DNA of 64,000 nt from a virus (IMGVR_UViG_2561511128_000006:8418-72417), one strand, 5' to 3'; positions 8,133 to 17,395 are shown, counted from the stretch's first letter. Made by a program: numbers and translations. Notes: generated from the sequence alone by a model not told the origin.

Positions 8133-8789
8133 CTAAACAAGCTGCCAAGTCCAAACGACTTTCCCAATAATGATGTTGTCGTATCCCTCATTAGAAACTT
8201 TCTGTGGTTTCCATCTGGGATTGTCTGAATGGAGGATAATATTACCATCCTCATCTTGCATAACTCTTTTAACAACCAAACCAAATGGGGGACGCTGTAC
8301 AAGGTAAATGCCGCCGTCCTCTAGTTCGTCGTCAAGAGGGATAACACCTACATAAGCCCCTTTTAAGATTGTAGGTTCCATACTGTCGCCAGTAACTTTA
8401 ACGGCACGAACATCGGGAAGATTATACTGAGGGAGAACAGGGATCATATTTTCTGGAGCGGTAGAAAAAAATTCAGCTGGTAGTCCGGCACCTGCTTCTT
8501 CAAAGACAGGTATCTCATGTAAGTTGTCCCCTGTTACGTTTTCAGTAGGAGAGTGACAGGCCATACGACGCATTACAGGATACCTTTCTTCATCCGGGAA
8601 AATCACCAATGCCCCCATAGCTGACAATATTTTTGATACCTTATCGAGCCCAAGTTGCTGGGCTTTGACCCCTAAAGCACGCGACAAGTTCGCCTGACTG
8701 ACGCCACATTTTTGAGCAAATGCAGCTATCTGGCGTTGATCTGAAATGTCCCTCAACCGAGCCATGAGTTTTTCTTCTAGTTCCATACG
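8133..8789 (-). CDS. cI: CI-like repressor (HTH + S24 autoproteolytic domain); exact start uncertain
   Basis: HTH GVSQANLSR; AGAG cleavage site; VTGDSMEP (Ser) and VKR (Lys); divergent from cro. Confidence 0.92.
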   Translation of the reverse strand, partial: RMELEEKLMARLRDISDQRQIAAFAQKCGVSQANLSRALGVKAQQLGLDKVSKILSAMGALVIFPDEERYPVMRRMACHSPTENVTGDNLHEIPVFEEAGAGLPAEFFSTAPENMIPVLPQYNLPDVRAVKVTGDSMEPTILKGAYVGVIPLDDELEDGGIYLVQRPPFGLVVKRVMQDEDGNIILHSDNPRWKPQKVSNEGYDNIIIGKVVWTWQLV

Positions 8790-8843
8790 TTCCTGCATAC
8801 GATACTGAGGACAAAAAGTCATCTTTCGTAAATGTAATTTTAC

Positions 8844-8872
8844 TTGCATATAGATACGTATATGTATATACT
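8844..8872 (+). promoter_or_regulatory. pR-like promoter, cro probably leaderless
   Basis: TTGCAT-17-TATACT, ATG 6 nt after the -10 box with no SD. Confidence 0.75.
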
Positions 8873-8878
8873 TACGCC

Positions 8879-9118
8879 ATGAACACCGAACTTTTCAGAA
8901 CTCACTTGCGCGAAAGAATGCAGATTACCCGGGCAACCCAGATAGAAGTCGAAGAAAAGACTGGAGTTTCTCAGGCGTCGATTTCGCGTTTTTTGTCAGG
9001 GGCAAGGATTAATTCTGACAACTTGTTCAAGTTATGGGAGTTCATTTACGAGGGGCAATTTCCAGCCGCTCCCAGCACTCCCACCGAACCCGAAGAGGTG
9101 AGTCATGGACTGGCCTGA
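8879..9118 (+). CDS. cro: Cro-like HTH protein
   Basis: TQIEVEEKTGVSQASISRF HTH; divergent from cI. Confidence 0.85.
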   Translation: MNTELFRTHLRERMQITRATQIEVEEKTGVSQASISRFLSGARINSDNLFKLWEFIYEGQFPAAPSTPTEPEEVSHGLA

Positions 9119-9182
9119 TATCGCCGCGAAGGTGGCCTTCTTCGCCCTCATGGGGTTTATTTTCTGGCTTGATCGTGACTAA
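9105..9182 (+). CDS. Small membrane peptide (25 aa, MDWPDIAAKVAFFALMGFIFWLDRD)
   Basis: GAGGTG RBS; overlaps the cro end; single TM. Confidence 0.55.
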   Translation: MDWPDIAAKVAFFALMGFIFWLDRD

Positions 9183-9376
9183 CCCCGCCGCGCACCGCCG
9201 GGCCACAGCCTCGGGCGTCGGGTACTCCGCGACGCGGTACGCCCTCCAGCGTATCCGGGGATCCCTATGGATCAGGATGCGGACACGCCAGACGGCACGG
9301 TGGCGAGTGATGAGCAGGTGAACGAAAGATTCCATGCCCCCATTAGAGCATGGGTATACACCAAGGAAAATGATCG

Positions 9377-9820
9377 ATGAATACCCAAGATTATAACACG
9401 TTGACGGAAGTTATCGAGGCCATGATCGATGAAGGCAAAAAGCCGATCAAGGCCATCGCCGCCGAGATCGGCAAGCCGTATCCGACTCTCAAGCGTGAGC
9501 TGAACCCGGCTGACGACGGCGCGAAGCTCGGAGCGGACGCACTACTCGGCATTATGGCCTCCTGTGGCTCAATCGCGCCCTTGGAATGGCTGGCGGACAG
9601 GCCCGGTTATGTCGTGAAGCCCAAGGAATGGGCAGAGCCAGACAAGCCGACTTGGGAAGGAGAATCCGTGGACGATACCATATGCTGCGGGAAGATGGTC
9701 ATGCTCATGCAGGAAAAAGCGCATCCGTCCATCGTCTCCAAGGCTGCGGAAGAATGGAAGGACGAGATAGACCAGACGAACACTCGGTATAGGCGAGATT
9801 ACAACCAAGCGAGGCAGTAA
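9377..9820 (+). CDS. Phage regulatory CII-like (CP76 family) protein
   Basis: IAAEIGKPYPTLKRELNP...KLG pattern; position after cro. Confidence 0.75.
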   Translation: MNTQDYNTLTEVIEAMIDEGKKPIKAIAAEIGKPYPTLKRELNPADDGAKLGADALLGIMASCGSIAPLEWLADRPGYVVKPKEWAEPDKPTWEGESVDDTICCGKMVMLMQEKAHPSIVSKAAEEWKDEIDQTNTRYRRDYNQARQ

Positions 9821-9821
9821 A

Positions 9822-10220
9822 ATGCCGATCCTGATTTGCCAACAGTGCGGTCGGATGTTTGAAGTGAAACGGTACTTTGCCGAAACCGCAAAGTACTGCT
9901 CAAAAGAGTGCAAGGATAAGGCCGCACAGACGCGAGGGCCTCAAAAGTGCAAGTGCTGCGGAAAAGAATTTCCAGCGAAAGGGAATGCAGCTTTTTGCGA
10001 CAAAGTTTGTGGGTATGCTTTCAGAGCCGGGGTGAGCCGCGAAGAATGGCTTGAAGCTCATCCACAGAGCAATCAGTCAACACTTTTCAAGCGTAAGTGC
10101 CATGACTGCGGGAAGCCCACAAACAACTACAGGTGTTCAGCTTGTTGGGAAAAGCTCCGCAGCGAATCTGAAACGGGTGGTATCCCGGAATACCAGGTTA
10201 TGGGGCAGGCATGGGTATAA
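9822..10220 (+). CDS. Cys-rich zinc-finger protein
   Basis: Repeated CxxC / YCSxxC motifs. Confidence 0.7.
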   Translation: MPILICQQCGRMFEVKRYFAETAKYCSKECKDKAAQTRGPQKCKCCGKEFPAKGNAAFCDKVCGYAFRAGVSREEWLEAHPQSNQSTLFKRKCHDCGKPTNNYRCSACWEKLRSESETGGIPEYQVMGQAWV

Positions 10221-10420
10221 TAGGCCCGTGCCGTTTGGGTCGGCTTCACCGTGATAGGCGGCGCGTCCTGTGTTTTGCGGACTGGTCGAAAGAGTACGGA
10301 GTCCCGGCGTGGACGTCTCGAAACGGGTTCGTCAAAGACGTGAACTTCTGCCGCCTGTACTGCGAGAAGAGGCCGGATATGGTAGTTCAACGTTTAACCA
10401 AGGAGTTTTTCTATGAATGA
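10211..10420 (+). CDS. Hypothetical phage protein
   Basis: Overlap-coupled ORF in the early right operon. Confidence 0.55.
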   Translation: MGIIGPCRLGRLHRDRRRVLCFADWSKEYGVPAWTSRNGFVKDVNFCRLYCEKRPDMVVQRLTKEFFYE

Positions 10421-10661
10421 AGGTTTCATTGAAGCATTGCGTCAGGCGCTTCCCCCTACCTTTTCCCGACAGGTTGCGGCGGAAGCCCTCAAGGGCATCT
10501 ACTCTGCCGGGCGGTTGTGTACTCTCGACTCCATGGGGAAGGGGCCGGGCGGGGTGCGGCTTGGGCGTTGTGTGGCTTATGAGCGCGAATCCTTCCTGTC
10601 ATGGCTGGAGGGACGGATCAACACGCCTTCCGGCAATAAGCGGCTGGGAGGGTGCGCCTGA
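10413..10661 (+). CDS. Xis/AlpA-like winged-helix protein
   Basis: GKGP-GVRLGRCVAYERESFLSWL wing motif. Confidence 0.7.
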   Translation: MNEGFIEALRQALPPTFSRQVAAEALKGIYSAGRLCTLDSMGKGPGGVRLGRCVAYERESFLSWLEGRINTPSGNKRLGGCA

Positions 10662-10867
10662 TGCTCAGAAACACGAAAAGCCGGGGGGTGGAATCCCCGG
10701 CTCTCCAGAAAAAGGTATTTGTCTTAGCAGGACAGGAAAACGATAACATCCCCGCCTCTGCCCTGCAAGGTTTTTCGTCCTGATGATGGGCGCTAGCCTT
10801 GAGGCAAAAGAAAAGGCCCGATGCGGGAACACCGGGCCAAACATAAAACCAACTCAATGGATGAATT

Positions 10868-11062
10868 ATGATGGAATCTTCGCAGAAAGTCAATGATGAG
10901 ATTATGGACTCTTTGAGAGAGATAGACAGATTGTGCCGTGTAAGAACGTACCTCATTGAGAGAAATGCCAGCATCTCCAATATCGATGACATCAACTCTA
11001 GAATTAAGATAGAGCATAACAAAATTGTCGAGTTGGAGGGGGCAAGCCATGAGAGCGCGTGA
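10868..11062 (+). CDS. Hypothetical coiled-coil protein
   Basis: ORF overlapping the start of the replication gene. Confidence 0.5.
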   Translation: MMESSQKVNDEIMDSLREIDRLCRVRTYLIERNASISNIDDINSRIKIEHNKIVELEGASHESA

Positions 11063-11936
11063 TATAAAGCCCGGTTTCTTCAAGAATGATCAGCTTGCCG
11101 ATTGTTCTACGGCTGCACGTCTTCTTTTCCCCGGCCTCTGGATGATGGCGGATAGGGAAGGCCGTCTAGAAAATCGCCCCAAGAAAATCAAAGGCGAAAT
11201 TTTTCCTTTTGACAATGTAGACGTCGCCTCTCTTCTGGGAGAACTGGAATCTTCGGGACTGATTCGTTTTTACGAGGTGAATGGGCAGAACCTTATCTGG
11301 ATTCCTCAGTTCAAGAGACACCAAAGTCCCCACAAAAACGAGAAATGTAGCGAACTTCCCGCACATCCTGACGACTTTGCAGCGCATGAATCATCACCAA
11401 AACACGACAATTACGGTGTTGCTCCCGAAAAGGATCGAAGTGCTCCCGTAATTTCTGGTCAAATCCCCCTGACTCCCTCTTCTCTGACTCCCTCTTCTCT
11501 CTCTCCGAGAGAAGATACTACCCCTGACGGGGTAGTTGTCGACGCCGAAGCCGCCGACGCCTCCCAGCCCGGCGAAAAGCGGCAGGACCATGCCTCGCCA
11601 GCCTGCCCCTATGACGCCATTGTCGGCCTGTATCACGAGGCTTTCCCGGAGCATCCCCGAGTTGCAATCGTGAACGCAAAGCGCAAGGGGGCAATGAAGG
11701 CCAGATGGACAGAGACCGGAGAGAGGCTGCGAATGCTGAACAGGGACACCTCCGCCGCCGAAAGGCTGGATTACTTTCGGCGGCTGTTTGCAAGGGCTTC
11801 CCGGTCTGATTTTCTCACTGGCAAAAAGGCTTTTCGAGATGGGACAGTGTACCGGGTGGATTTCGACAAGCTCATGTCCCCAAGCGGATTTATGGGCGTG
11901 ATTGAAGGCAAGTACGACAATCGGGAGGTGGCTTGA
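11049..11936 (+). CDS. Phage replication initiator / replisome organiser
   Basis: MRARDIKPGFF...ARLLFPGLW...DREGRL N-terminus; followed by DnaB. Confidence 0.82.
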   Translation: MRARDIKPGFFKNDQLADCSTAARLLFPGLWMMADREGRLENRPKKIKGEIFPFDNVDVASLLGELESSGLIRFYEVNGQNLIWIPQFKRHQSPHKNEKCSELPAHPDDFAAHESSPKHDNYGVAPEKDRSAPVISGQIPLTPSSLTPSSLSPREDTTPDGVVVDAEAADASQPGEKRQDHASPACPYDAIVGLYHEAFPEHPRVAIVNAKRKGAMKARWTETGERLRMLNRDTSAAERLDYFRRLFARASRSDFLTGKKAFRDGTVYRVDFDKLMSPSGFMGVIEGKYDNREVA

Positions 11937-11937
11937 A

Positions 11938-13347
11938 ATGGCAGTTCAGACGCTTGAACGCGGCATCATGGCCCGCAGGCAGAACGCTCCCGCGCCAAAG
12001 CCCGTCATGGCCTCGGAAGCCCGTGCACAGCTTGAGTCCAGCGTTATTGCCGCGACTCTCTCGGGCATGAACCGGGATACCCATTTGCTTGGGGATGTAC
12101 TCGATATCTGCCCCGCAGGTTGTTTTGTAACGCCAGAAGCTGCGCCGCTTGCCGTGGCTCTCGATTTGCTCCGTCAGTCCGGTCAACGTCCCAATCTCAC
12201 CGCGTTGGCAACGCAGATGCAATCGCGTTGGGCGAAAGATCCTGAACTTTGGCCCGCCCCGGATATGGCGCGCATGGCTGAACTTTCTACGTCCGCGTGG
12301 GGGCTGAAAGGCCATGCCGAGAGTTTGGCCCGAAAGCTTGCCGATGAACATCGCCGGGCGGAACTCCATGCCGGATTGCTCGAAATTGCTGCGGAAGCAT
12401 CGGTTTACGGCGTGGACTCCGAATACATCGCTGACCGTGCCCGAAAGCTTGTTGAAGCTTCGGGAGGGATTCAGGAAGCCGTAACTATGTCGAACCTCAT
12501 GGGCCGCATTCGGGCAAAGCTCGATAATCCGCAATCGCTGCGCAAGGTTCAGACTCCGTGGAAAAGCTTGAACAGCGTTTTGCGTGGGGGATTCATGCCG
12601 GGGGAATTGATCGTCCTTGCCGCTCGTCCCGGACTTGGAAAGACGGCTTTAGCCGCAAATGTGGCGTTGGGTGCCGCATGGCGCGGAATGGGTGTGCTCT
12701 TTGTCTCATGCGAGATGAGCGACGAAAGCCTTGGGCATCGTCTCATCTCCCGCGTAGGGCGTATCGACGGACGGTTTTTCCGTGAAGGGATGGGCGTCAC
12801 GCCGCAGATCCGTGGAGCCATTGACGCCGCCATAGGGCAGCTTGAAGCCCTTCCCTTGTCCATCGTGGAAAAGTCAACTGTGCCCATGTGCCCCCGCGAA
12901 GTCCGCAGGCTGGCGCGGGGCATCAAGGATTTAGGGCTCATCGTAGTGGACTATCTCCAGCTTTTGCATCCTGACGAGAAAAGCACCAGCAGAGAACGAG
13001 AAGTTGCGGAGATGTCACGCTCCTTTAAGCAAATGGCCCTTGATCTGCAAGTTCCTGTACTCCTGCTTTCTCAGCTTAACCGCTCAAGCGAAGAAGGCAA
13101 GCGGGAACCCCGTGTTTCCGATCTCCGAGAATCTGGAGCGATTGAGCAGGACGCGGACATCATCCTTTTGCTGCACACCCGCGATCTGGACAGGGCTAAT
13201 GCCAGACCAGACGTGAAATGCATAGTCGGGAAATCCCGCAGTACGGGAACAGGCGCATCGTTCTTGCGTTTCGAAAAAGCTTTTTCTGAGTTTACCGAGG
13301 GTGAAGCATGGGCCGGACGTCCTGCGGTACAGGAAAACGATTTGTGA
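11938..13347 (+). CDS. dnaB: DnaB-like replicative helicase
   Basis: AARPGLGKT Walker A, VVDYLQL, LSQLNR, DLRESGAIEQDAD. Confidence 0.95.
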   Translation: MAVQTLERGIMARRQNAPAPKPVMASEARAQLESSVIAATLSGMNRDTHLLGDVLDICPAGCFVTPEAAPLAVALDLLRQSGQRPNLTALATQMQSRWAKDPELWPAPDMARMAELSTSAWGLKGHAESLARKLADEHRRAELHAGLLEIAAEASVYGVDSEYIADRARKLVEASGGIQEAVTMSNLMGRIRAKLDNPQSLRKVQTPWKSLNSVLRGGFMPGELIVLAARPGLGKTALAANVALGAAWRGMGVLFVSCEMSDESLGHRLISRVGRIDGRFFREGMGVTPQIRGAIDAAIGQLEALPLSIVEKSTVPMCPREVRRLARGIKDLGLIVVDYLQLLHPDEKSTSREREVAEMSRSFKQMALDLQVPVLLLSQLNRSSEEGKREPRVSDLRESGAIEQDADIILLLHTRDLDRANARPDVKCIVGKSRSTGTGASFLRFEKAFSEFTEGEAWAGRPAVQENDL

Positions 13348-13418
13348 TGTGCCCACGGTACTGTGAAATCTTCGGCCCCGGAGCGTGTGCAGGGGTGTTT
13401 GACGAAAAGGAGTGTGTG

Positions 13419-13838
13419 ATGAGCACGTACAGGGAAGAATCGTTGCCGGAAACACTGCAAGACATGTCCGACCGTTTCGGAAAGCCCTTTGTCCGGCACA
13501 TGATTGAACGCTTCGCGGGTATAACTCTTATTATTCCCGCCAAAAGCCGGAAGACGCGGCTAGCTCGGGAATTGTGCACCTTCTTGGGGCAGGATGCCCT
13601 TTCCGACTTTCTGCACACCTATGGCGGTACGAGAATCTATATCCCCACTTTGCGCCGGGCGAAGATCCGCGCACGGGACATGGACATCAACGCCGAGCGG
13701 GACGAGTTGGCTCGCAAGGGGCTGAGTGAAAGAGCGCTTGTCGCCAGGCTCGCCACGCTGCACGGGCTTTCCGAACGGCAGGTGTGGCGCATTTTAAAAC
13801 AGCCGAGAACCTCGGACAACAGGGAGGCGGCGTCATGA
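13419..13838 (+). CDS. Mor/C-family transcription activator 1
   Basis: FAGITLIIP and YGGTRIYIP repeats; C-terminal LSERQVWRILK HTH; AAGGAG RBS. Confidence 0.85.
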   Translation: MSTYREESLPETLQDMSDRFGKPFVRHMIERFAGITLIIPAKSRKTRLARELCTFLGQDALSDFLHTYGGTRIYIPTLRRAKIRARDMDINAERDELARKGLSERALVARLATLHGLSERQVWRILKQPRTSDNREAAS

Positions 13839-14266
13839 CGGTCTTACGCTTCACCTTGTCCTGCACGCCCACGGCACAGGCCCGAGTCCGCCACGCCGTC
13901 CGCTGCGGGCACAGCGTGGCCTACAAGTCCGCCGGGCAGAAGAGCGCGGAAGCCGTGCTTGACGATCTCCTTTCTGCGCGCGCCCCGAAAAAGCCTCTAG
14001 AAGGACCTCTCGTGCTCGAATTTGTCGCGGGGATGCCGATTCCCGCATCGACCCCGAAAAAACAACGAGAGGCTATGTTGCGCGGCGAAATCGCCCACAC
14101 GAAGAAACCGGACTTAGACAACATGGCAAAGCAGCTCAAAGACGCCATGTCGCGCACCGGGTTCTGGGGCGACGACAGGCAGGTGGTGTCCCTGCGTTGC
14201 TCGAAATGCTACGCAGCAGTCCCGCATTGGGAGGTAGCCGTGTACACACAGGAGGAAGCGCAATGA
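13835..14266 (+). CDS. rusA: RusA Holliday junction resolvase
   Basis: KKPDLDNMAK...DAM...WGDDRQVV. Confidence 0.92.
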   Translation: MTVLRFTLSCTPTAQARVRHAVRCGHSVAYKSAGQKSAEAVLDDLLSARAPKKPLEGPLVLEFVAGMPIPASTPKKQREAMLRGEIAHTKKPDLDNMAKQLKDAMSRTGFWGDDRQVVSLRCSKCYAAVPHWEVAVYTQEEAQ

Positions 14267-14445
14267 ATGAACGGAAATTGCTGCTCGGCTGGAAGGCCAT
14301 CACAGCCTACACCGGAGTTAGCCGCCTCCTCATGATCCGCTACGCCTACCCCGTCCACGACTGCGACAGGGCAACTCATCACGGGTACGGCGTCTGTGCC
14401 TATACCGACGAGCTTGACGCCCACAAGGAGGCTACCAGTGCATAA
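14263..14445 (+). CDS. Small HTH-like protein
   Basis: LLGWKAITAYTGVS pattern; ATGA overlap. Confidence 0.6.
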   Translation: MNERKLLLGWKAITAYTGVSRLLMIRYAYPVHDCDRATHHGYGVCAYTDELDAHKEATSA

Positions 14446-14698
14446 CATCGACATCACGATACTTGGTGAACAGGCTCTTGCGGCACTCATGCAGCGGCTG
14501 TCGGAAGCACGCGGGAAGCACCCTGTTTTCGCGGAGGGCAAATACCATGCGCTCGGCGTTATCGGGGAGGAGTACCGTGAGCTTGTATACGCCGTTGAGC
14601 ATGAAACTCCGGAGCGTATCCGCGACGAAGCCCTCGATGTAGCTGTGACCGCACTGCGGCTATGGCTTGGGGAACACAAGGTTGGTGCTCATGAGTGA
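14438..14698 (+). CDS. MazG-like NTP pyrophosphohydrolase-fold protein
   Basis: EExxE...IRDEALDVA acidic motif; AAGGAGG RBS with GTG start. Confidence 0.55.
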   Translation: MHNIDITILGEQALAALMQRLSEARGKHPVFAEGKYHALGVIGEEYRELVYAVEHETPERIRDEALDVAVTALRLWLGEHKVGAHE

Positions 14699-15059
14699 CG
14701 TGTGGGTGAGCCAGTTCGAACTGTCAGAGGCCATCGGTGACGTGGGGGCGGTCATCCTCTGCGCACAGTGCGGTGGACGTTCATACTTTATCCCCCGGAA
14801 GCCCACAGGTTTTCTTCTGGAGTTGCTTGGTCGGCAGCGTATGGCGGCACTCTGTACAGAATTTTGGGGGATGCAGATCGTCGTGCCCAACCTGCGCCGT
14901 GGTGAACCGTTCAAAGGACGTATCCTGTCCCGTCTGGAAGCAGGGGAGAAGCCGGACGCCATCGCCGAAGCCCTTGGCGTGACCACCAGGTACGTCCGTC
15001 GGCTCAAAAAGCAGCTTTGCGGGAACCCGGAACCACAGCAGCAATATCGGCTGTTGTAG
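14691..15059 (+). CDS. Mor/C-family transcription activator 2
   Basis: CGGRSYFIP and WGMQIVVP repeats; AIAEALGVTTRYVRR HTH. Confidence 0.8.
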   Translation: MSDVWVSQFELSEAIGDVGAVILCAQCGGRSYFIPRKPTGFLLELLGRQRMAALCTEFWGMQIVVPNLRRGEPFKGRILSRLEAGEKPDAIAEALGVTTRYVRRLKKQLCGNPEPQQQYRLL

Positions 15060-15103
15060 AATCTTGTTCACGGTGTCCTCCCCCTATTCTCTTGTGCGAG
15101 AGT
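15059..15103 (+). promoter_or_regulatory. Late-promoter motif copy 1 (AATCTTGTTCACGGT)
   Basis: Shared with 4 other sites; upstream of the endolysin. Confidence 0.7.
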
Positions 15104-15124
15104 GGACGCAGGAGGATATTTTTT

Positions 15125-15511
15125 ATGGCTGTTCTTCCCTTGCGTCACTTCTCCCCGGTCGAGTTCCGCTGCAAGTGCGGGTGCGGCGCGGGCATGGAGA
15201 AGATGGACGCCGATCTGCTCCAGATGCTCGATGAGGCCCGTGATCTGGCGGGTATCCCGTTCCCCCTTTCTTCCGCCTACCGCTGCCCGAAGCACAACAA
15301 GGCGGTCGGCGGCGTGCCCACCTCCGCGCACACTCGCGGCTACGCCGTGGATATCCGCTGCGTGGATTCCCATTCCCGTTTCGCCATGCTGCAAGCCCTG
15401 CTTGAGGCCGGGTTCCGGCGCGTCGAGCTGGCTCCGACGTGGATCCATGTGGACAACGACCCCGACAAGCCGCGCGACGTGGCCTTTTACCAGCATGGAG
15501 GCAAGTACTGA
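15125..15511 (+). CDS. Endolysin, peptidase M15A family
   Basis: FRCKCGC, SAYRCPKHN..VGG...SAH..G.AVD, WIHVD. Confidence 0.92.
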   Translation: MAVLPLRHFSPVEFRCKCGCGAGMEKMDADLLQMLDEARDLAGIPFPLSSAYRCPKHNKAVGGVPTSAHTRGYAVDIRCVDSHSRFAMLQALLEAGFRRVELAPTWIHVDNDPDKPRDVAFYQHGGKY

Positions 15512-15801
15512 TGGAAGCGACCGTGATTGATTTCATCCTTTCGACCTTGATGAGCCTTTCCGCGCAGTATCCCGATGCGGCGTGGCTCGTGACCGCCCTG
15601 AGCGTGGTCATGACCGTGTGCGGCCTGTGCGCCGTGGCCACCGCATGGATGCCCGTCCCCAAGGAAAAGAACGGGCTTTATGCCGTCTTCTACCGCTGGG
15701 CCCATGCCCTTGCCGCACACTTCGGGCAGAACAAGGGCGCGGTGGCGGACGGCAAGTCCGAAACCGTGAAGGCCGAAGTCAAGGCCGTGACGGGGAAGTG
15801 A
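15511..15801 (+). CDS. Putative holin
   Basis: Hydrophobic segments, charged C-terminus, follows the endolysin. Confidence 0.65.
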   Translation: MEATVIDFILSTLMSLSAQYPDAAWLVTALSVVMTVCGLCAVATAWMPVPKEKNGLYAVFYRWAHALAAHFGQNKGAVADGKSETVKAEVKAVTGK

Positions 15802-16121
15802 TGTGCGGGCCGTCCTTGAGTTCCTTTCATCGCTCGCCGGGATCCTTAAGCTGTGGCTGCGTCAACGGTACGGCGAACGCCGCGAGGCTGATCGCGCTGC
15901 TGTTCGTGATGACGCTGGCGGCGAGTGGGTGCAGCACAGTGGCGGAACCGACCGCCGCGACAAGCCTGGCTCCGCTGACGCCGGGGGCCGTCGTGACGGG
16001 TGAGTGGTCCTACACCTACCGGGGCGAGACGTTCACCGAGCCCGGCGAGTGGGTGCACCTGCCCGCAGGCGAGGCCGGGAACCTGCTCCTGTGGATCAAG
16101 GGCGTTGAGGCTGGAAGCTGA
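15801..16121 (+). CDS. Putative o-spanin-like lipoprotein (start uncertain)
   Basis: RLIALLFVMTLAASG-C lipobox in an overlapping frame. Confidence 0.55.
   Translation: MCGPSLSSFHRSPGSLSCGCVNGTANAARLIALLFVMTLAASGCSTVAEPTAATSLAPLTPGAVVTGEWSYTYRGETFTEPGEWVHLPAGEAGNLLLWIKGVEAGS
15803..16003 (+). CDS. Putative i-spanin-like protein
   Basis: N-terminal hydrophobic anchor then charged tail; overlaps a lipoprotein ORF. Confidence 0.55.
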   Translation: MRAVLEFLSSLAGILKLWLRQRYGERREADRAAVRDDAGGEWVQHSGGTDRRDKPGSADAGGRRDG

Positions 16122-16393
16122 TGGAGCATACACTGGACCATGAATCCCGGCTTTCCCGCATTGAGGCATTGCTCGAAGCGCTCAACCAGCGGCTTGACGA
16201 CGCGATACTCACGCAACTCCGCGATCATGGAAAACGCATTCGGGATCTTGAGGATCATATCTCGGTTATGGCCGAGACGTGCGCGCGGGAACGCGGGGAG
16301 CGGCAGGGCAGCAGGGCAACGGCCATCGCCATCATAACCGCCCTCTCGGGAGTTGGCGGTTGCATCGGTGCCATTGTGGGCCGGATGTTTTGA
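16121..16393 (+). CDS. Coiled-coil protein with C-terminal TM
   Basis: RIRDLE coiled coil, hydrophobic C-terminus; common in lysis regions. Confidence 0.65.
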   Translation: MEHTLDHESRLSRIEALLEALNQRLDDAILTQLRDHGKRIRDLEDHISVMAETCARERGERQGSRATAIAIITALSGVGGCIGAIVGRMF

Positions 16394-16410
16394 GAATGCC
16401 CTGTGCATGA

Positions 16411-16872
16411 ATGGACACCTATGCGCTCCAGCGTCAGCTTCTTCAGGCAGAACTTCCTCCAACGGAAAAGCTTGTAGGTATGGTGCTCGCCATACACATG
16501 GACAAGCGGACCGGAAAAATCCGCGTGCGGCAGGAAACCGTCGCGCAGGAGTGTGGCGTGTCTGCGCGAACAGTGCGCAGGGCCATTGCTGCGCTCGTAT
16601 CCTCCGGAGTGTTCGTCTCCGTGGCAACCGGACGCTCCTCGGTTTTGGTTGCTGGTTCTGGAAAGAGTACTGGAAGAGTGGACCGGCCACCGGTGTCCTA
16701 TCAGACCGGTCACGGGTGTCCGCAATTGAAGCGGAAAAGGGCCCCTTGGGAGTATGATTTGGCGCACAGTACGAGGCCCGAGGAAGAGGAGAAACGAGGG
16801 CATGAAAGTTTTTTGAGAGAACAGGAAGAACGCAGGCCAAACGGGGGGTGCGACGATGGCGGCACGATTTGA
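16411..16872 (+). CDS. HTH-domain protein
   Basis: RQETVAQECGVSARTVRRAIAAL. Confidence 0.7.
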   Translation: MDTYALQRQLLQAELPPTEKLVGMVLAIHMDKRTGKIRVRQETVAQECGVSARTVRRAIAALVSSGVFVSVATGRSSVLVAGSGKSTGRVDRPPVSYQTGHGCPQLKRKRAPWEYDLAHSTRPEEEEKRGHESFLREQEERRPNGGCDDGGTI

Positions 16873-17395
16873 TTGGGAATCCATCCGGGCCGAGTACGAA
16901 GTAGGGGCGAGCCAGTCCGATCTGTCCAAGCGGTACGGTGTGAGCCGGACGGCCATCCAAAAGCGCATCCGGGCCGAAGGCTGGGTGCAGGATATTTCCG
17001 GCACCGTGAACCGCATGGCAGAGGCCAAGGTTGCGGGCGTGGTTGCAGGCTGCAACCCTCAAAAAAAGGCCGAAGCCTTGGACCGCGCCGCCGAAGCCAA
17101 GGCCGCTGTCATCACCCGCCACCAGCGGGAGTGGGATCGGCATCAGTCCATTATGGATGAGGCGTTGTCCGAAGGCAGCTTCGACAAGGCCAAGCTCGCC
17201 AAGATCACCGCCGAGACGATCAAGATCCGGCAGGAGGGAGAGCGCAAGGCGTGGGGCATCGTGGACAAAGCTGCGTTGGATCATACTTCATCCGACGGTT
17301 CGCTGTCTCAGCGTCCGGTGGATCTCTCGCATCTCTCTCCGGACGAGTTGCTTCGCCTGACAAAGGAAGCCTTCAAAACGCCGGATCATGAGTAG
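16856..17395 (+). CDS. terS: Terminase small subunit
   Basis: DWESIRAEY...LSKRYGVSRTAIQKR..EGW N-terminal HTH; precedes terL. Confidence 0.85.
   Translation: MAARFDWESIRAEYEVGASQSDLSKRYGVSRTAIQKRIRAEGWVQDISGTVNRMAEAKVAGVVAGCNPQKKAEALDRAAEAKAAVITRHQREWDRHQSIMDEALSEGSFDKAKLAKITAETIKIRQEGERKAWGIVDKAALDHTSSDGSLSQRPVDLSHLSPDELLRLTKEAFKTPDHE

Noticed and set aside
9042-9335. 97-aa minus-strand ORF between cro and cII
   Set aside because: It overlaps cro and a better-supported small peptide; weak start context; left uncalled
11469-11510. CTGACTCCCTCTTCT tandem repeat in the replication gene as an origin
   Set aside because: Only two copies, encoding a low-complexity LTPSS linker; insufficient to call iterons
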